A stretch of DNA of 63,479 nucleotides, counting the filler, from Octopus bimaculoides (taxonomy: Eukaryota), in NCBI RefSeq assembly GCF_001194135.2. It is 5 parts of 5 records of this genome, joined end to end, with 100 filler letters (N's around TTAATTAATTAA, not from the genome) between each part and the next. Parts side by side here need not be neighbours in the genome. Positions count along the whole stretch, not along the records: positions 25,550 to 42,259 come from NC_068999.1; positions 42,360 to 51,482 come from NC_068982.1; 3 more parts are not named here. One strand, given 5' to 3'. The first letter of the stretch is position 1. Each line of letters opens with the position of its first letter. Below, piece after piece: positions 34,747 through 48,048 of the stretch. Position numbers and translations under genes: made by a program. Below the pieces are notes generated by a model. That model saw nothing but the letters and a program-made list of their open reading frames with translations, searched no databases and was not told the origin of the DNA.

Positions 34747-36242
34747 NNNNNNNNNNNNNNNNNNNNNNNNNNNNNNNNNNNNNNNNNNNNNNNNNNNNNN
34801 NNNNNNNNNNNNNNNNNNNNNNNNNNNNNNNNNNNNNNNNNNNNNNNNNNNNNNNNNNNNNNNNNNNNNNNNNNNNNNNNNNNNNNNNNNNNNNNNNNNN
34901 NNNNNNNNNNNNNNNNNNNNNNNNNNNNNNNNNNNNNNNNNNNNNNNNNNNNNNNNNNNNNNNNNNNNNNNNNNNNNNNNNNNNNNNNNNNNNNNNNNNN
35001 NNNNNNNNNNNNNNNNNNNNNNNNNNNNNNNNNNNNNNNNNNNNNNNNNNNNNNNNNNNNNNNNNNNNNNNNNNNNNNNNNNNNNNNNNNNNNNNNNNNN
35101 NNNNNNNNNNNNNNNNNNNNNNNNNNNNNNNNNNNNNNNNNNNNNNNNNNNNNNNNNNNNNNNNNNNNNNNNNNNNNNNNNNNNNNNNNNNNNNNNNNNN
35201 NNNNNNNNNNNNNNNNNNNNNNNNNNNNNNNNNNNNNNNNNNNNNNNNNNNNNNNNNNNNNNNNNNNNNNNNNNNNNNNNNNNNNNNNNNNNNNNNNNNN
35301 NNNNNNNNNNNNNNNNNNNNNNNNNNNNNNNNNNNNNNNNNNNNNNNNNNNNNNNNNNNNNNNNNNNNNNNNNNNNNNNNNNNNNNNNNNNNNNNNNNNN
35401 NNNNNNNNNNNNNNNNNNNNNNNNNNNNNNNNNNNNNNNNNNNNNNNNNNNNNNNNNNNNNNNNNNNNNNNNNNNNNNNNNNNNNNNNNNNNNNNNNNNN
35501 NNNNNNNNNNNNNNNNNNNNNNNNNNNNNNNNNNNNNNNNNNNNNNNNNNNNNNNNNNNNNNNNNNNNNNNNNNNNNNNNNNNNNNNNNNNNNNNNNNNN
35601 NNNNNNNNNNNNNNNNNNNNNNNNNNNNNNNNNNNNNNNNNNNNNNCAAAGTTTACCTCACTTTCACTGGAAAAGACATCGCTCATTTAATTAAATAGTA
35701 AATACTATTGATGTTTATTTTATGATGTTCACTATTTATTTTTGTTTGAGGTTCGTGCATAGTTTTTTTTTTATTGCATATCATAATAGTCATTAAAAAT
35801 TCATATTTTTCTTACGTTGAAAGTGCTTTTCTTAATATAGGCTTTTTTTATAAACAAAATTAATACTAACTATATAAATAAATAAAAATTCCAATAACTT
35901 GTTTTTTGCTTGTTTGTTTCAGGTGGTGAGGGTTGCATATAATTTATAAAAAGTTATATAGGTAATAATTAACCAATACAAAATTAATAGCATTAAAACA
36001 CACAGTTCCTTAAATATTCAGCATACAAAACACAGAATTAAGTGGTGGGGACAATGCAAGGGGCAGGTGTGGTCGCATACTTCTTAAAATTTGTTAATTT
36101 ATTTCTCACACCAAAATGAACACTAAGCAATATGTGGAATCAGAATATAAAATTTCGACCCACCTAACGTGTGTGTGTGTGTACAGGGTGCAGTGAATAA
36201 ATTGTCGTCTAAATTACGCAAAAATGAAAATNNNNNNNNNNT

Positions 36243-36340
36243 TTGTAAGCCTGGCACTTATTCTATCGGTCTCTTTTGCCGAACCGCTAAGAGTTACGGG
36301 GACGTAAACACACCAGCATCGGTTGTGAAGTGATGGTGTC
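36243..36340 (-). mobile_element. SINE family B fragment
   Basis: tttgtaagcctggcacttattctatcggtctcttttgccgaaccgctaag...cggttgtgaagtg. Confidence 0.8.
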
Positions 36341-37159
36341 ATAGCCGAGGAGTCGAGCATGCTGTCAATTTAGTAACAAAAGCTTCTGAAGTCAGAATAG
36401 GCTACGAAAATAGGTACAAATTGATATCAAATATACAGAAATCAAAGCAAAGTTTACCTCACTTTCACTGGAAAAGACATCGCTCATTTAATTAAATAGT
36501 AAATACTATTGATGTTTATTTTATGATGTTCACTATTTATTTTTGTTTGAGGTTCGTGCATAGTTTTTTTTTTATTGCATATCATAATAGTCATTAAAAA
36601 TTCATATTTTTCTTACGTTGAAAGTGCTTTTCTTAATATAGGCTTTTTTTATAAACNNNNNNNNNNNNNNNNNNNNNNNNNNNNNNNNNNNNNNNNNNNN
36701 NNNNNNNNNNNNNNNNNNNNNNNNNNNNNNNNNNNNNNNNNNNNNNNNNNNNNNNNNNNNNNNNNNNNNNNNNNNNNNNNNNNNNNNNNNNNNNNNNNNN
36801 NNNNNNNNNNNNNNNNNNNNNNNNNNNNNNNNNNNNNNNNNNNNNNNNNNNNNNNNNNNNNNNNNNNNNNNNNNNNNNNNNNNNNNNNNNNNNNNNNNNN
36901 NNNNNNNNNNNNNNNNNNNNNNNNNNNNNNNNNNNNNNNNNNNNNNNNNNNNNNNNNNNNNNNNNNNNNNNNNNNNNNNNNNNNNNNNNNNNNNNNNNNN
37001 NNNNNNNNNNNNNNNNNNNNNNNNNNNNNNNNNNNNNNNNNNNNNNNNNNNNNNNNNNNNNNNNNNNNNNNNNNNNNNNNNNNNNNNNNNNNNNNNNNNN
37101 NNNNNNNNNNNTTTAACAGATATATTTACCAAAATTTCAAAAAAAGATGAAAGGGAAGA

Positions 37160-37700
37160 TGAATGTAGGCATAACATCACCATCTATAGTGATCACTCAA
37201 AACACCATGATGTTGACCGGATGTTTGATTTATATCATTCTTGGTACATGATTTAGAGACACAACAAGCCAACGGTTGTTCTCTGTGTTCACCATCTGAT
37301 CCTGGCAGAAATTTTTCTCGCCTATGAAAATCCAAAACATGTTCGGTTGGAGGGGATGCTTGAATTTATTCAAAAGCTTCGTAGCGCGGTCTTTTCTCTT
37401 GGCTTGGGATAAAAATTGGTCCTTTCTCATCTTGTATGGGAAATAACGAATGTCTTCATGCACTACCTGCCTGATAAGAAATTCAGACACTCCCATGTCC
37501 CTGGCGATGAACCTGATTGACTTGAAGAGACCATTGTCAATCATGGATCTCACCAACAAATTCAGGAGTTCTTTTCATAAGAACGATCAAAGTGAGTTTT
37601 CAGAGCTACTGTACCTTCGTATTCTTCATTAGACACATCCAACTCATTCCGAATCCTGTGCACTCTAAAATGTCGCCCAAACACTCTAAAATGTTCATTT
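37160..37700 (-). mobile_element. Tc1/mariner (maT/DD37D-like) transposase pseudogene fragment
   Basis: KSIRFIARDMGVSEFLIRQVVHEDIRY..YKMRK.QFLS...NMFWIFIGEKNFCQDQMVNTENNRWL...KHPVNIMVF*VIT.DGDVMP matches HTH plus FSDEK/N.QN.R motifs. The first catalytic Asp is mutated (GEK). Confidence 0.8.
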
Positions 37701-38339
37701 TGGAGTTTCCAGCGCGAATGCTAAGCAGTACAGCATGTCGTTTCTAAATTTCTGGCAGAGTGAATTGCATCATAGTGTTGTTTTTTCTTACAGACAGTGC
37801 CCAATTAACTCTACTATATTGTGTAGGGGACAAAAGCAAAAACAAACAATGCGCATGCGCGGAATTAAAAATATAAAATGTCAACAATTTACCCTGTATA
37901 CATATATATTCGATTAGAGGTTGTGTAAGCCTCAAGAAGGGAGGTTTCATCCAAGGAAATACTGGTTCAATACTATGGTATGGTGCAGAGTCCTGTTGCT
38001 AGACATAAGGTATTCTAGCAGCCACCCTCTTGACCCAGAGCAGCACAACCTCCGTGTTGAGTCTGAGGCCGTGTGGAAAGATGAATGGAAGCATTTTTGG
38101 GGAATTAATTTCCTTAAAATATTGGGCATATATATAAAAACATGATTTATATTCATATAAAAGAAAATGAAAATGGAGAATGGAAAATGGGAAGTTAATC
38201 AACATCCCCTACAACAGTTTCAATTAATAAGAGATGATGATTAATTTGATGTTAATAATAAACTATTAACTTCTCAATCCTCGTTTTCTTTTTCTTTTTT
38301 ATACATATATATATATATATATGTGTACATATGTATGAT

Positions 38340-38520
38340 TGATAGCCACTACACATCCCCTTTTTTCTCTCCTTGTTTCTTTCTGTGTTCCTTTCTGTGG
38401 AAGAGCGTAGGCTCGAAACGTTAAAGACTTTTTCACTTCCCGAGCGTTGTACTAATACATCTGTTTGTTGTCTACACCACCTGTCTTCGTCTTTTGTTTT
38501 TTTTTGTGAATTCTCCCCCT
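38340..38520 (+). mobile_element. Penelope-like 3'/pLTR-type repeat with hammerhead-like motif (38391-38426)
   Basis: Homologous to 22280-22510. Confidence 0.55.
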
Positions 38521-38579
38521 GTATATAAATATATGTATGTATGTATGTANNNNNNNNNNATATATATATATATATAATA

Positions 38580-38790
38580 TTAGGGATAAAAATCCAAAAT
38601 TACAGGTAAAAACCTCAATTAAAATCAATTTATTAAAAGTTAAAATTAAATTAAGTTTCACGGTATTAAATATATATAAATATATAGTTTTAGGGAAATG
38701 AACCAAGGTTCATGAACTCATTGATGAAAGTCCACTGTCACATATAGAAAAAGTAATAAGTAAGCACAATAAATAAGTATAATATAATAC
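38580..38790. repeat. Interspersed AT-rich repeat shared with 51583-51790
   Basis: Both start tagggataaaaat(c/t)caaa(a/t)ttacagg...aattaagtttcac...gttcatgaactcat...gtcacatatag next to a (TA)n/gap. Confidence 0.8.
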
Positions 38791-39769
38791 AAAGTAAATA
38801 TCATAAGATAAAGATAATAAAACAACTACACGTGTTTCATAACCAATTTTCAAATAGAAAGAAAATTTAAATCGATTAAAATCGATTAAAACTATCGAAA
38901 ATCGATTAAAACTATTCAAATATATAGCTAATCTTCAGGTCAAAATGCAACAATAATAATAATAAAAGAATGTATATATCAACCAACAATAAATAACAAA
39001 TGAATGTATATAAAATACTTATTATATAAAGATAGTAGAATATTATTAAAAATATCAAAATAATAAACATGTCATAATCAACCCTATGTCCATTATAATA
39101 TAAGCTAAAAGGTATATTATATGCAAAAACCAACTTAACGAATTTTTTCGTTTAAAATACAATTTGAACGAAGTTTAAGGTTAAAATAATAAAGATAGAA
39201 TTAGCACATATCTAAACGATGCAATAGTTTAAGCTAGAATATTTTAGACTACAAACGTTTATTTAAAAGAAGTCTAGCAAAGGGTCTATGTATGTAACGC
39301 ATGCCTTACTATTTTTCCACGATAAATAATTTTTGTGTGATATATAATTGATTATTGATAATTTTTACTAGATTCCTTGTAGTCGTATTTACTTTTATTT
39401 CGCATTCCTTCATTCTTAGTATAAAGTGGTCAATAGGAAGAAAAGGAAAGGGAAGCAATTTTTTTACTGTTCGCTTTCAGTCATAGTAAGAGCAGTGGTG
39501 TTATTTTCTTTGTGTTCTGTTATTTTCGAGAAAGGAGCGTCAAAAAGAGAAAGACAGAGAAAACAGGTAAAGTAAGCAGTAAAAAATTTGTTTCCCTTTC
39601 CTTTTTATTGACAACACGACTGAAACGCAAGCAGCAAAAATATCTGCTTGCCTTTCAGCCAGTAGAGACGTTGTCAACTTTTTTTCTCTTGAAGCGTTGA
39701 GTGTTTTATTTCTTTCTGTTATATTTCGTACGATTATTCGAAACTGAAGAGCACACATTTTATCTTTTA

Positions 39770-40145
39770 TCTTCTACTTGTTTCAATCAGTAGAATGCTG
39801 GAGCACCACCTTCAATAATTTTCAGTCTTATGAGTCTACCCCAGTACTTTTTTAAAGCCTGGTGCTTATTCCTTTGGTCTCTCGTACCGAACTGCTAAGT
39901 TACGAGAACGTAAACACACCAACGCCGGTTGTCAAACGTTGGTGAAGAACAAACACACACACACACACACACTCACACACACACACATACATAAGACGTG
40001 TTTTTTAATTCTTTTTCATTTCCCCTCTATCAAGTCCACTTACCAGGTTTTAGTCGGTCCAAGGCTATAACAGAAGACGTTAGTCGAAGACTGGACCTGG
40101 AACCACGTGGTTGGGAAGCAAACTTCTTGTCACACACCCACGCTT
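39770..40145 (-). mobile_element. SINE family B
   Basis: Family motifs with an internal (CA)n. Confidence 0.75.
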
Positions 40146-40286
40146 GCTTTCCAAAAAGGAGCAACCAATGGCGAGAGTATTTTTAATCCCTTCTTAAGAC
40201 CTGAAATCAGACTTTTCTAGTTTCTAGACCATTTCACACATAGGCGGAAAAGAAGAAACCGGCAATGTGTGTGCGTGTGGTGTGGT

Positions 40287-40344
<58 letters not shown>

Positions 40345-40628
40345 NNNNNNNNNNNNNNNNNNNNNNNNNNNNNNNNNNNNNNNNNNNNNNNNNNNNNNNN
40401 NNNNNNNNNNNNNNNNNNNNNNNNNNNNNNNNNNNNNNNNNNNNNNNNNNNNNNNNNNNNNNNNNNNNNNNNNNNNNNNNNNNNNNNNNNNNNNNNNNNN
40501 NNNNNNNNNNNNNNNNNNNNNNNNNNNNNNNNNNNNNNNNNNNNNNNNNNNNNNNNNNNNNNNNNNNNNNNNNNNNNNNNNNNNNNNNNNNNNNNNNNNN
40601 NNNNNNNNNNNNNNNNNNNNNNNNNNNN

Positions 40629-40690
40629 CGACCAAAGCCTTGTGAGTGGATTTGGAAGACGGAAACTGAAAGAAGCCCGTCGTATATATG

Positions 40691-40721
<31 letters not shown>

Positions 40722-40932
40722 GTCTGTGTTTGTCCCCACAACATCACTTGACAACCGATGCTGGTGTGTTTACGTCCCCGTAACTTAGTGGTTCGGCAAA
40801 AGAAACCGATAGAATAAGTACTAGGCTTCCAAAGAATAAGTCCTGGGGTCGATTTACTCGACTAAAGGCGGTGCTCCAGCATGGCCACAGTCAAATGACT
40901 GAAACAAGTAAAAGAGTAAAAGAGTAAAAAAG
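40629..40932 (+). mobile_element. SINE family B (5' end in gap), with (GAGTAAAA)n tail
   Basis: Well-preserved sense copy: accaaagccttgtgagtggatttgg...cagtcaaatgactgaaacaagtaaaagagtaaaagagtaaaa. Confidence 0.85.
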
Positions 40933-41119
40933 TAAACTTGCACCGAAATTATCTATTAGCATAAAGCTTCGATTCATTTAAAAGGATTACAACCCAGTAG
41001 AATTTTTCATGCTTTTAATCACCCCCAATATGGGAAAAGGGTGAATTAGTTCAGTTTTCTCTCTACTTTCAACAACTTTGAGACAGATAAAAAGAATGTT
41101 ATCATTCTCGGAAAAGAGA

Positions 41120-41500
41120 AACCAAAGCTTGAGCTGGCAATCAAAACCGAAGTGGACAGCAAGGAATGTCATCATTATTTTGATTGAAAGTATTATAAAT
41201 AGTTTAAGTGAATGACGAGATGACCCGTTCTGAACAATTTTTTGTTTCCTATGTCTGTTTGTCAGTACAAGAACACAATTTCTCAGCTTAGAAGGGATAC
41301 CGAAAACGAATATCAGTTTCAAGAGATATTCAAAACGAATATCACTCTCAGGTGATATTCAAAACGAATGAAGGTGTAATTAAGCCAATGATCGAAAAAA
41401 ATCAGCATTTACTGCAATCATGTTTGGTGAGACTACAGACCTTCTAATGAAATCTTAAGTCACACGTCTTGCCATTTGTTGATGAAAAAGAAAGGCTTCA
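41120..41500 (+). mobile_element. Possible hAT (Charlie-like) transposase remnants
   Basis: KTEVDSKECHHYFD*KYY...PVLNNF..VCQYKN..LRRDTEN loosely resembles the Charlie N-terminus (RKVDSECR.F...W..KYF...PVCLIC..VAV.KEYNL.RHYET). IMFGET..LMKS resembles the C-terminal MFGSTY...LMK. Confidence 0.3.
41303..41369. repeat. 29-bp tandem repeat x2.3 with internal dyad
   Basis: AAAACGAATATCAGTTTCAAGAGATATTC / AAAACGAATATCACTCTCAGGTGATATTC. Confidence 0.85.
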
Positions 41501-41514
41501 AGAAAGGTTGAGGG

Positions 41515-42023
41515 CAGAGGTGGGGAAACTCCTATCCGCGGGCGCAATTGCGTCCGCAGGCTGCTATACTTGTATGTACAAAATATAGCAAATCTTTCAA
41601 CTATAAAATTTATATAATATTCGTATGCCTATTTGCGACATAGGTCACGTTTCCACTACGACTTTAAACGGTTAAACTCAAACAGAAAATAGTCCGGTAA
41701 TTGCCATTTGAATGGAAATTGTTGTTTTCACTATAAAACACATATTGCTAGGTTTGTACCACCCCTTTGAGACCCAACTACACTCTAACTGAAAAATATA
41801 GAATACCTCATAAGTAATATGAACCTCTTAAATTCAGTGGCAGCGTTAATGAACATGTTACGCGTTAATATAATGTCTTAAACTTATCTTTATTAATGTA
41901 TATCGAATTATACATAGATATATACAAGATTTACACAGATATGAGTTAGACTTGGTGATGCGCCCGCGGACCTTTTTCCTTGCAAATTTTTGCCCGCCAC
42001 ACTAAAAAGTTTCCCCAACCCTA
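41515..42023 (+). mobile_element. hAT (Charlie/MER45-like) MITE
   Basis: TIR CAGAGGTGGGGAAACT ... AGTTTCCCCAACCCTA, with subterminal CCGCGGGCGCA / TGCGCCCGCGG. Flanks GTTGAGGG and GTTTAGGG resemble a degenerate 8-bp TSD. Confidence 0.7.
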
Positions 42024-42418
42024 AAGTTTAGGGAATCAGTCGATGTCAGTAAAGGGAGAAAAACTGCATCACTGACAGAAGTTGTACATTGTTATAAACA
42101 TTCACTTAATTTGGTACTCTCTCAATCAGCTTCAAGAGTTCGTGAATGTCGAATTTTCTCCCAAACTTTATAAAGAATTTCGAATTTTTTTCAATGTCGA
42201 CGGTTTGAATACTTCCTACTGGCTAAAATCGTTGGAAGGTGATTTCCAAAGTTATACGTNNNNNNNNNNNNNNNNNNNNNNNNNNNNNNNNNNNNNNNNN
42301 NNNTTAATTAATTAANNNNNNNNNNNNNNNNNNNNNNNNNNNNNNNNNNNNNNNNNNNNATATATATATATATATATATAGATATATATATATATATATC
42401 TGTTTATATGTATATGTA

Positions 42419-43228
42419 CGTGGTCTGATCAAAAAGTATCCAGATTGATGGCATAATAACGAAGCGAAAGGACACAGATTGAAGCCGCTTGGCACAGATT
42501 GACCTTCATGCGCATTAAGTTTTAATGTTCTAGCTAACTTCCGGTCTTTACAGCAGTGCTTGGAAGGGAGGTGTGTAGTGTGTGATCATACCCTTGACCA
42601 TGACAGAAAGTAGAACAGAAATTCTGAATAAATTTTGCCAAAAGCTAGGTTATACCTGCTCAGAGGCCTACGCAAAGTTTATAAAACGTTTTCATCGTTC
42701 TCGACACAATCAAAGAAATCTTGCGCAACTTGAAAACTCGAGTGTCTTTTCGGTCAGCTGTAAGCTGTTTTGGCACAAACTTGGCAGACACGTGTCTCAT
42801 ACCCAAATCTTCAACAATAATGGACTGAACAGAACTGTAACTAATCTCAACATCTTCTGATTACTCATAGATGGTGATTCGATGATTTCTCCCCGCAGCT
42901 GCACGCGCATCTGTTTTTCTCAATTTTGCTAGTTGCGTGTCTCCAAGAACGTTCGTCAATATCGACATTTTTCGACTACCTTGGAAACATCTCAACCACT
43001 CGTACACTTGTGTGCGGCTCATACACTCCTCTGCATACACATTCTGCAACCTTGTGCAGGCCTCTGAGCAGATATAGTAATGACAACTTTCTCTGTCAAG
43101 ATCAATAGCACGATCACACGCTACACACCTTCCTTCCAAGCACTGCTGTAAATAGCGGAAGTGAGCCAGAACGTTAAAACACATGCACAGCGGAATTCAA
43201 GGTCAATCTGTGTCGAGCAGCTTTACTC
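42419..43228. mobile_element. Non-autonomous mariner made of two inverted left ends (copy 1, right TIR lost)
   Basis: TA|CGTGGTCTGATCAAAAAGTATCC. The plus arm encodes MTESRTE...KFCQKLGYTCSEAY. The minus arm encodes EECMSRTQVYEW...RITIYE...DLGMRHVSAKFVPK...DFFDCVEN. Confidence 0.8.
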
Positions 43229-43282
43229 TGCGTGCGTGCGTGCGTGCGTGTGTATGTGTGTGTTCATGTACGTTCATGTACG

Positions 43283-43313
<31 letters not shown>

Positions 43314-43391
43314 NNNNNNNNNNNNNNNNNNNNNNNNNNNNNNNNNNNNNNNNNNNNNNNNNNNNNNNNNNNNNNNNNNNNNNNNNNNNNN

Positions 43392-43429
<38 letters not shown>

Positions 43430-43660
43430 ATACTAAATCTCTGTTTTTATGTTCAGCTATAATAAAAACACTTTTACATTAATCTGATGGGTTCCTCTAT
43501 ACTTTTGTGGAGTACAAATGAATTATTCTTAAACAAGAATATTATTGAAGATGACTTCAAAGTTTGGCCAGTTCGATGATGACTTAACTGGACGCAACTT
43601 CCAAGTCACTGTCAATAATATTCTTGTTTAAAGTAATACATATACGTACACACACACACA

Positions 43661-43715
<55 letters not shown>

Positions 43716-44139
43716 GCATCTATGCGTGTATACATTTTGATTGGATGTGCAAGTTGTGTGCTGTTTCGTACAAATAATACTGCTCGTGTGATACAAAAAT
43801 TACCTATACGTCATGTAGTAAGGTTAGAAACTTTTAATTAAAATTACAAAATTATTGAGAAGGACCATGACATAAATTATTAATTCAGATAGCAAATCAG
43901 ATATTTTAAGGTAAATGAATCTAATAAATCTGAAATGCAGAACGTGTCTGTCTGATCAGCAGCAGAACGGTGACAACTCCCGGAAAGTTTAAGTTCTTAC
44001 AGAACTCATTAGTGAAAGAATTTCCTATCGTAGTTTTTGGACCTGGTTCAGCCTATCGGATGCGACTATGCTATGACTTCTCTATTAGTATCACTTATTT
44101 TACTTCTACAGCGTTCTCTCTCCCGTCTCTAACCTCACT

Positions 44140-44239
44140 CTCATCTCTCCCTACCCTTCTCTCTTCTCTTTCTCTCTCTCATCTTTCCCCACCTCTCTCC
44201 ACTCTCTCACCTCTCTCCACTCTCTCGCCTCTCTCTCTC

Positions 44240-44301
<62 letters not shown>

Positions 44302-44352
44302 TCTTCCTTTCTTGCCTGTCTCTCTCGCTCTGTCTGTCTCTCTCTCTCTCTC
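44140..44352. repeat. (CT)n-rich microsatellite
   Basis: Seen directly. Confidence 0.95.
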
Positions 44353-44575
44353 GCTGTTTGGGTTTTGTTGGATGAGAGAATTGGTTATGACTCCTCTCAT
44401 TTCTGTTTCTTGTCGTAACAGGTTCGTCTGGTATCTCAGATGACACGATGTCTAGATGTAGTATTTAATACGTCCACATCTAGCCTTGCAGATTTCTAAG
44501 GTTTTTAATTAAAGAATTATGAAGTTGTCGACACTTAGTACTAAGCTATAACGGTATCGGTTCATTTCTCTCGAA

Positions 44576-44607
<32 letters not shown>

Positions 44608-44917
44608 GTCACACACGGTGTATTTTGAATATACCTACATCTGCACCTTCTACATCTGTTATGGTTTTAGTTAACGTATTCAAATGATGTGGGCCTTTAA
44701 ACTGCCCCAGCATCGAGTCCCTACTCTTGATTTATTTATAAGTTTATGACTACTCACAAACGTTCAATGTTTTAAAGGAGACAAAACACCAACAAGAAAC
44801 GAATTAAGATTTAAAGAAACTTGAAAATATTATAAGTAGTTAGCATGTAAATTGTTATTTCAATACAGGAACTTATAGTATAACTTCAGTAAGGATGCTT
44901 ATATAGTTTGCTTTCAT

Positions 44918-44959
<42 letters not shown>

Positions 44960-46213
44960 NNNNNNNNNNNNNNNNNNNNNNNNNNNNNNNNNNNNNNNNN
45001 NNNNNNNNNNNNNNNNNTATATACACCTCTGTGTGCCTGTATTATGTATATGGAGGTTTCAATGTAGGTCTATTTTCATTTTCTATACGATATATTAATT
45101 TGGATTTATAAATTGCACTCTCCCGCTTGTTGTCATCTATAAATTGTTTGCACACACAAACACTTAGGATTATCCATGGAAGTAATATATTCACTCGAAA
45201 TATAATTTTAATTTCATATTTTTTTTGTCTTTTGTCTTCCTGTCATATTTTCTAGGTTAGAATTTAAAGATTAATACAATGAGTTTTATATTAGGTTGTC
45301 TATGACTGTATTCAAGTGTGGATAAGAGTGAGAGGAAGTGTAGGGTATATGGTAGTGTTGTTTATACAATATTGACATAGTATTTTATAAAAATATATCA
45401 TTGGAAAACATCTAAGAATGTTTCGTAAAAATGATTTTGTCGTAAGACAGATATTCAGAAATGTGGCAAAGAATCCAGCTCATTCTCTTGGCAGTGTGCA
45501 TCGGGGCAATGCAATAAAATTTAGAAATCAGACGTTCAATCTTATTAGCGTAATAAAATAGGAACGAGGCAATAAATAACGACACCATGTGCTTATTTAT
45601 GGCGTTATATTAAATAGATAAATGTGTATATGCCTTCAGCAGAGATGTGCATGCATCAGATATAGAATACATTGAATAAGAAATTGTCATGCATTGTTAA
45701 GTTTTAGTTGCCAGTGAATTTACAAGTTTTGGAACGCATATATCTGCGCATGGCGTACTGTCCGTACATGAACTTTATGGTACATCAATATCAACATATA
45801 ACAAACTGTTAGACGAGATTGCGGCTGCATATAAACACTGCTAAGAAAATAAAATTAAAGAAATAAGCATATTCAGACAAGGAGGGGAAAAATATATAAA
45901 TAACAAAAGATATATGAGAACATAAGATTAAAAATATGATTAAAATAAATTACTTGGCGAAAGTGGAGAAAAAAATGATAGTCTAACCAGAAACACTGCG
46001 TAAGTATGTGTGCGTAGTTTTTCTTTCTGCATGAGTGTGAATGTGTTTATACAGGCATATACACAGCATGCATATATGTATGTGCCGTTGTGTAGCCGTG
46101 CGTGCGTGTGTGGATATAGAAAAAATATTGGTCTACACATATACACAAATATGTATGTGCATTCATATTTTCAACCATACACACACACACACACATGTAC
46201 ATATACACACAGA

Positions 46214-46250
<37 letters not shown>

Positions 46251-46614
46251 GGTTAAAGATATATATATANNNNNNNNNNNNNNNNNNNNNNNNNNNNNNN
46301 NNNNNNNNNNNNNNNNNNNNNNNNNNNNNNNNNNNNNNNNNNNNNNNNNNNNNNNNNNNNNNNNNNNNNNNNNNNNNNNNNNNNNNNNNNNNNNNNNNNN
46401 NNNNNNNNNNNNNNNNNNNNNNNNNNNNNNNNNNNNNNNNNNNNNNNNNNNNNNNNNNNNNNNNNNNNNNNNNNNNNNNNNNNNNNNNNNNNNNNNNNNN
46501 NNNNNNNNNNNNNNNNNNNNNNNNNNNNNNNNNNNNNNNNNNNNNNNNNNNNNNNNNNNNNNNNNNNNNNNNNNNNNNNNNNNNNNNNNNNNNNNNNNNN
46601 NNNNNNNNNATATA

Positions 46615-46646
<32 letters not shown>

Positions 46647-47584
46647 CATACATATATATATATGTACATATAATAATTATTTGTGTATGTATGTATGCAT
46701 GTATGTATGCATCTATGTATGTATATGTCAGTTTGCGTGTATAAGTGTATTATTGTGTATCATTTTTCTTTCTTTCTGTTTCTAGGAGACAGATAGACCC
46801 TAAAAAAGTTCTATACATACATATGTGGAACGAAGAAAGATAAGTGAAATTTTAAAAAATGAAAAAAACAAAAAGAAAGCATTCGGTTTGCTGGAAATAT
46901 TTATGCAATCATTAGCTTTTTATTTCGCGGAGAAAGATAACGGAAATAATTTTTGTCCATATCGCGGAAAATTATCGTAAAAACATTTCATATTTATTGA
47001 TGACACTTTAATACTTGTATATACTTGATTCCATAATTCATCCACTATAATTCATAATTCATCTAGCTATAGCAAAAGATGAATATTATGGATCACAGTA
47101 AATATGGATATAGAAATAATTAATTCCTATATATATATGTATAATAATAAATATAAATCTGTATATGTATGAGCTTTTACAAATCTAATGGTATGTTGTA
47201 AAGAAGGCAAAGTTAAGATAGCAGTGTTGCTTAATTTATGTGCATTTATATGTTCCTGCATTTATCTAAGTTTTGCTTTTGCAACGGTTTAATATGAAAG
47301 TCTTTGGCTTTTAGTTAAAGAACTCCAGAGGTTAAAACTGCAAATGCGTGAATAACTTTTTTGAGTCTTCAGAATATTCCTCTTCGAAATCACCTAAGTC
47401 TCATTATTTCTCAATTTCTATTACTCCACTTACAATAATTGTATCAAAGGCTTAAGTGTGAAGCATTCTGTTTTACACGTATACACCTAGATATCAAGTG
47501 ATTACGTGACCAGGCTATCAGATGTTGTTACACATCGCTGGTTACAATGCGTTTTGCATTGTTTTAGTAGGCCAAACATATACA

Positions 47585-47616
<32 letters not shown>

Positions 47617-48048
47617 CGTGTGTGTGTATACGCACATTAATTAACACATTTCGCCTTGTTAAAACGATTGATGTAAGAAAATGGGAAGAAAACTTTGTAT
47701 AGATAAAGTTAAAAATTTACATCAAATTCCAGTTGTAGCTATTTCACTTCAGTTAATTCAATCATACTGCAAGCGCAGTGAATATTTACGACTATGTGAA
47801 GTAAATAAAAACAATATAGTGTATCTAATAAAATTCTATCAAAATTGCCTCGATTTCTTGTAAATGCATGAACACCACAAATTTCATTTCCTTTGAGCAG
47901 TTAACAATTTTAAGTACCCATTCACTGAGTTTTTCCTTCGTGAATGGTCAAACAAGCAACTATTTTCCTCATGCTAGTGTGTATCAAAAATACATTCGTT
48001 AATTCAAAATAAATCTGCTTTGCAGAGGGTGTACGGTTGTCATTAGTA

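Noticed and set aside
35648-36656. Exact ~208-bp direct repeat (35648-35856 / 36449-36656)
   Set aside because: The copies are identical and each abuts a gap, so it is most likely an assembly overlap artefact.
18983-46785. Long ORFs of 130-417 aa in the ORF track
   Set aside because: They consist of X residues from N gaps plus dinucleotide-repeat translations, so they are not genes.
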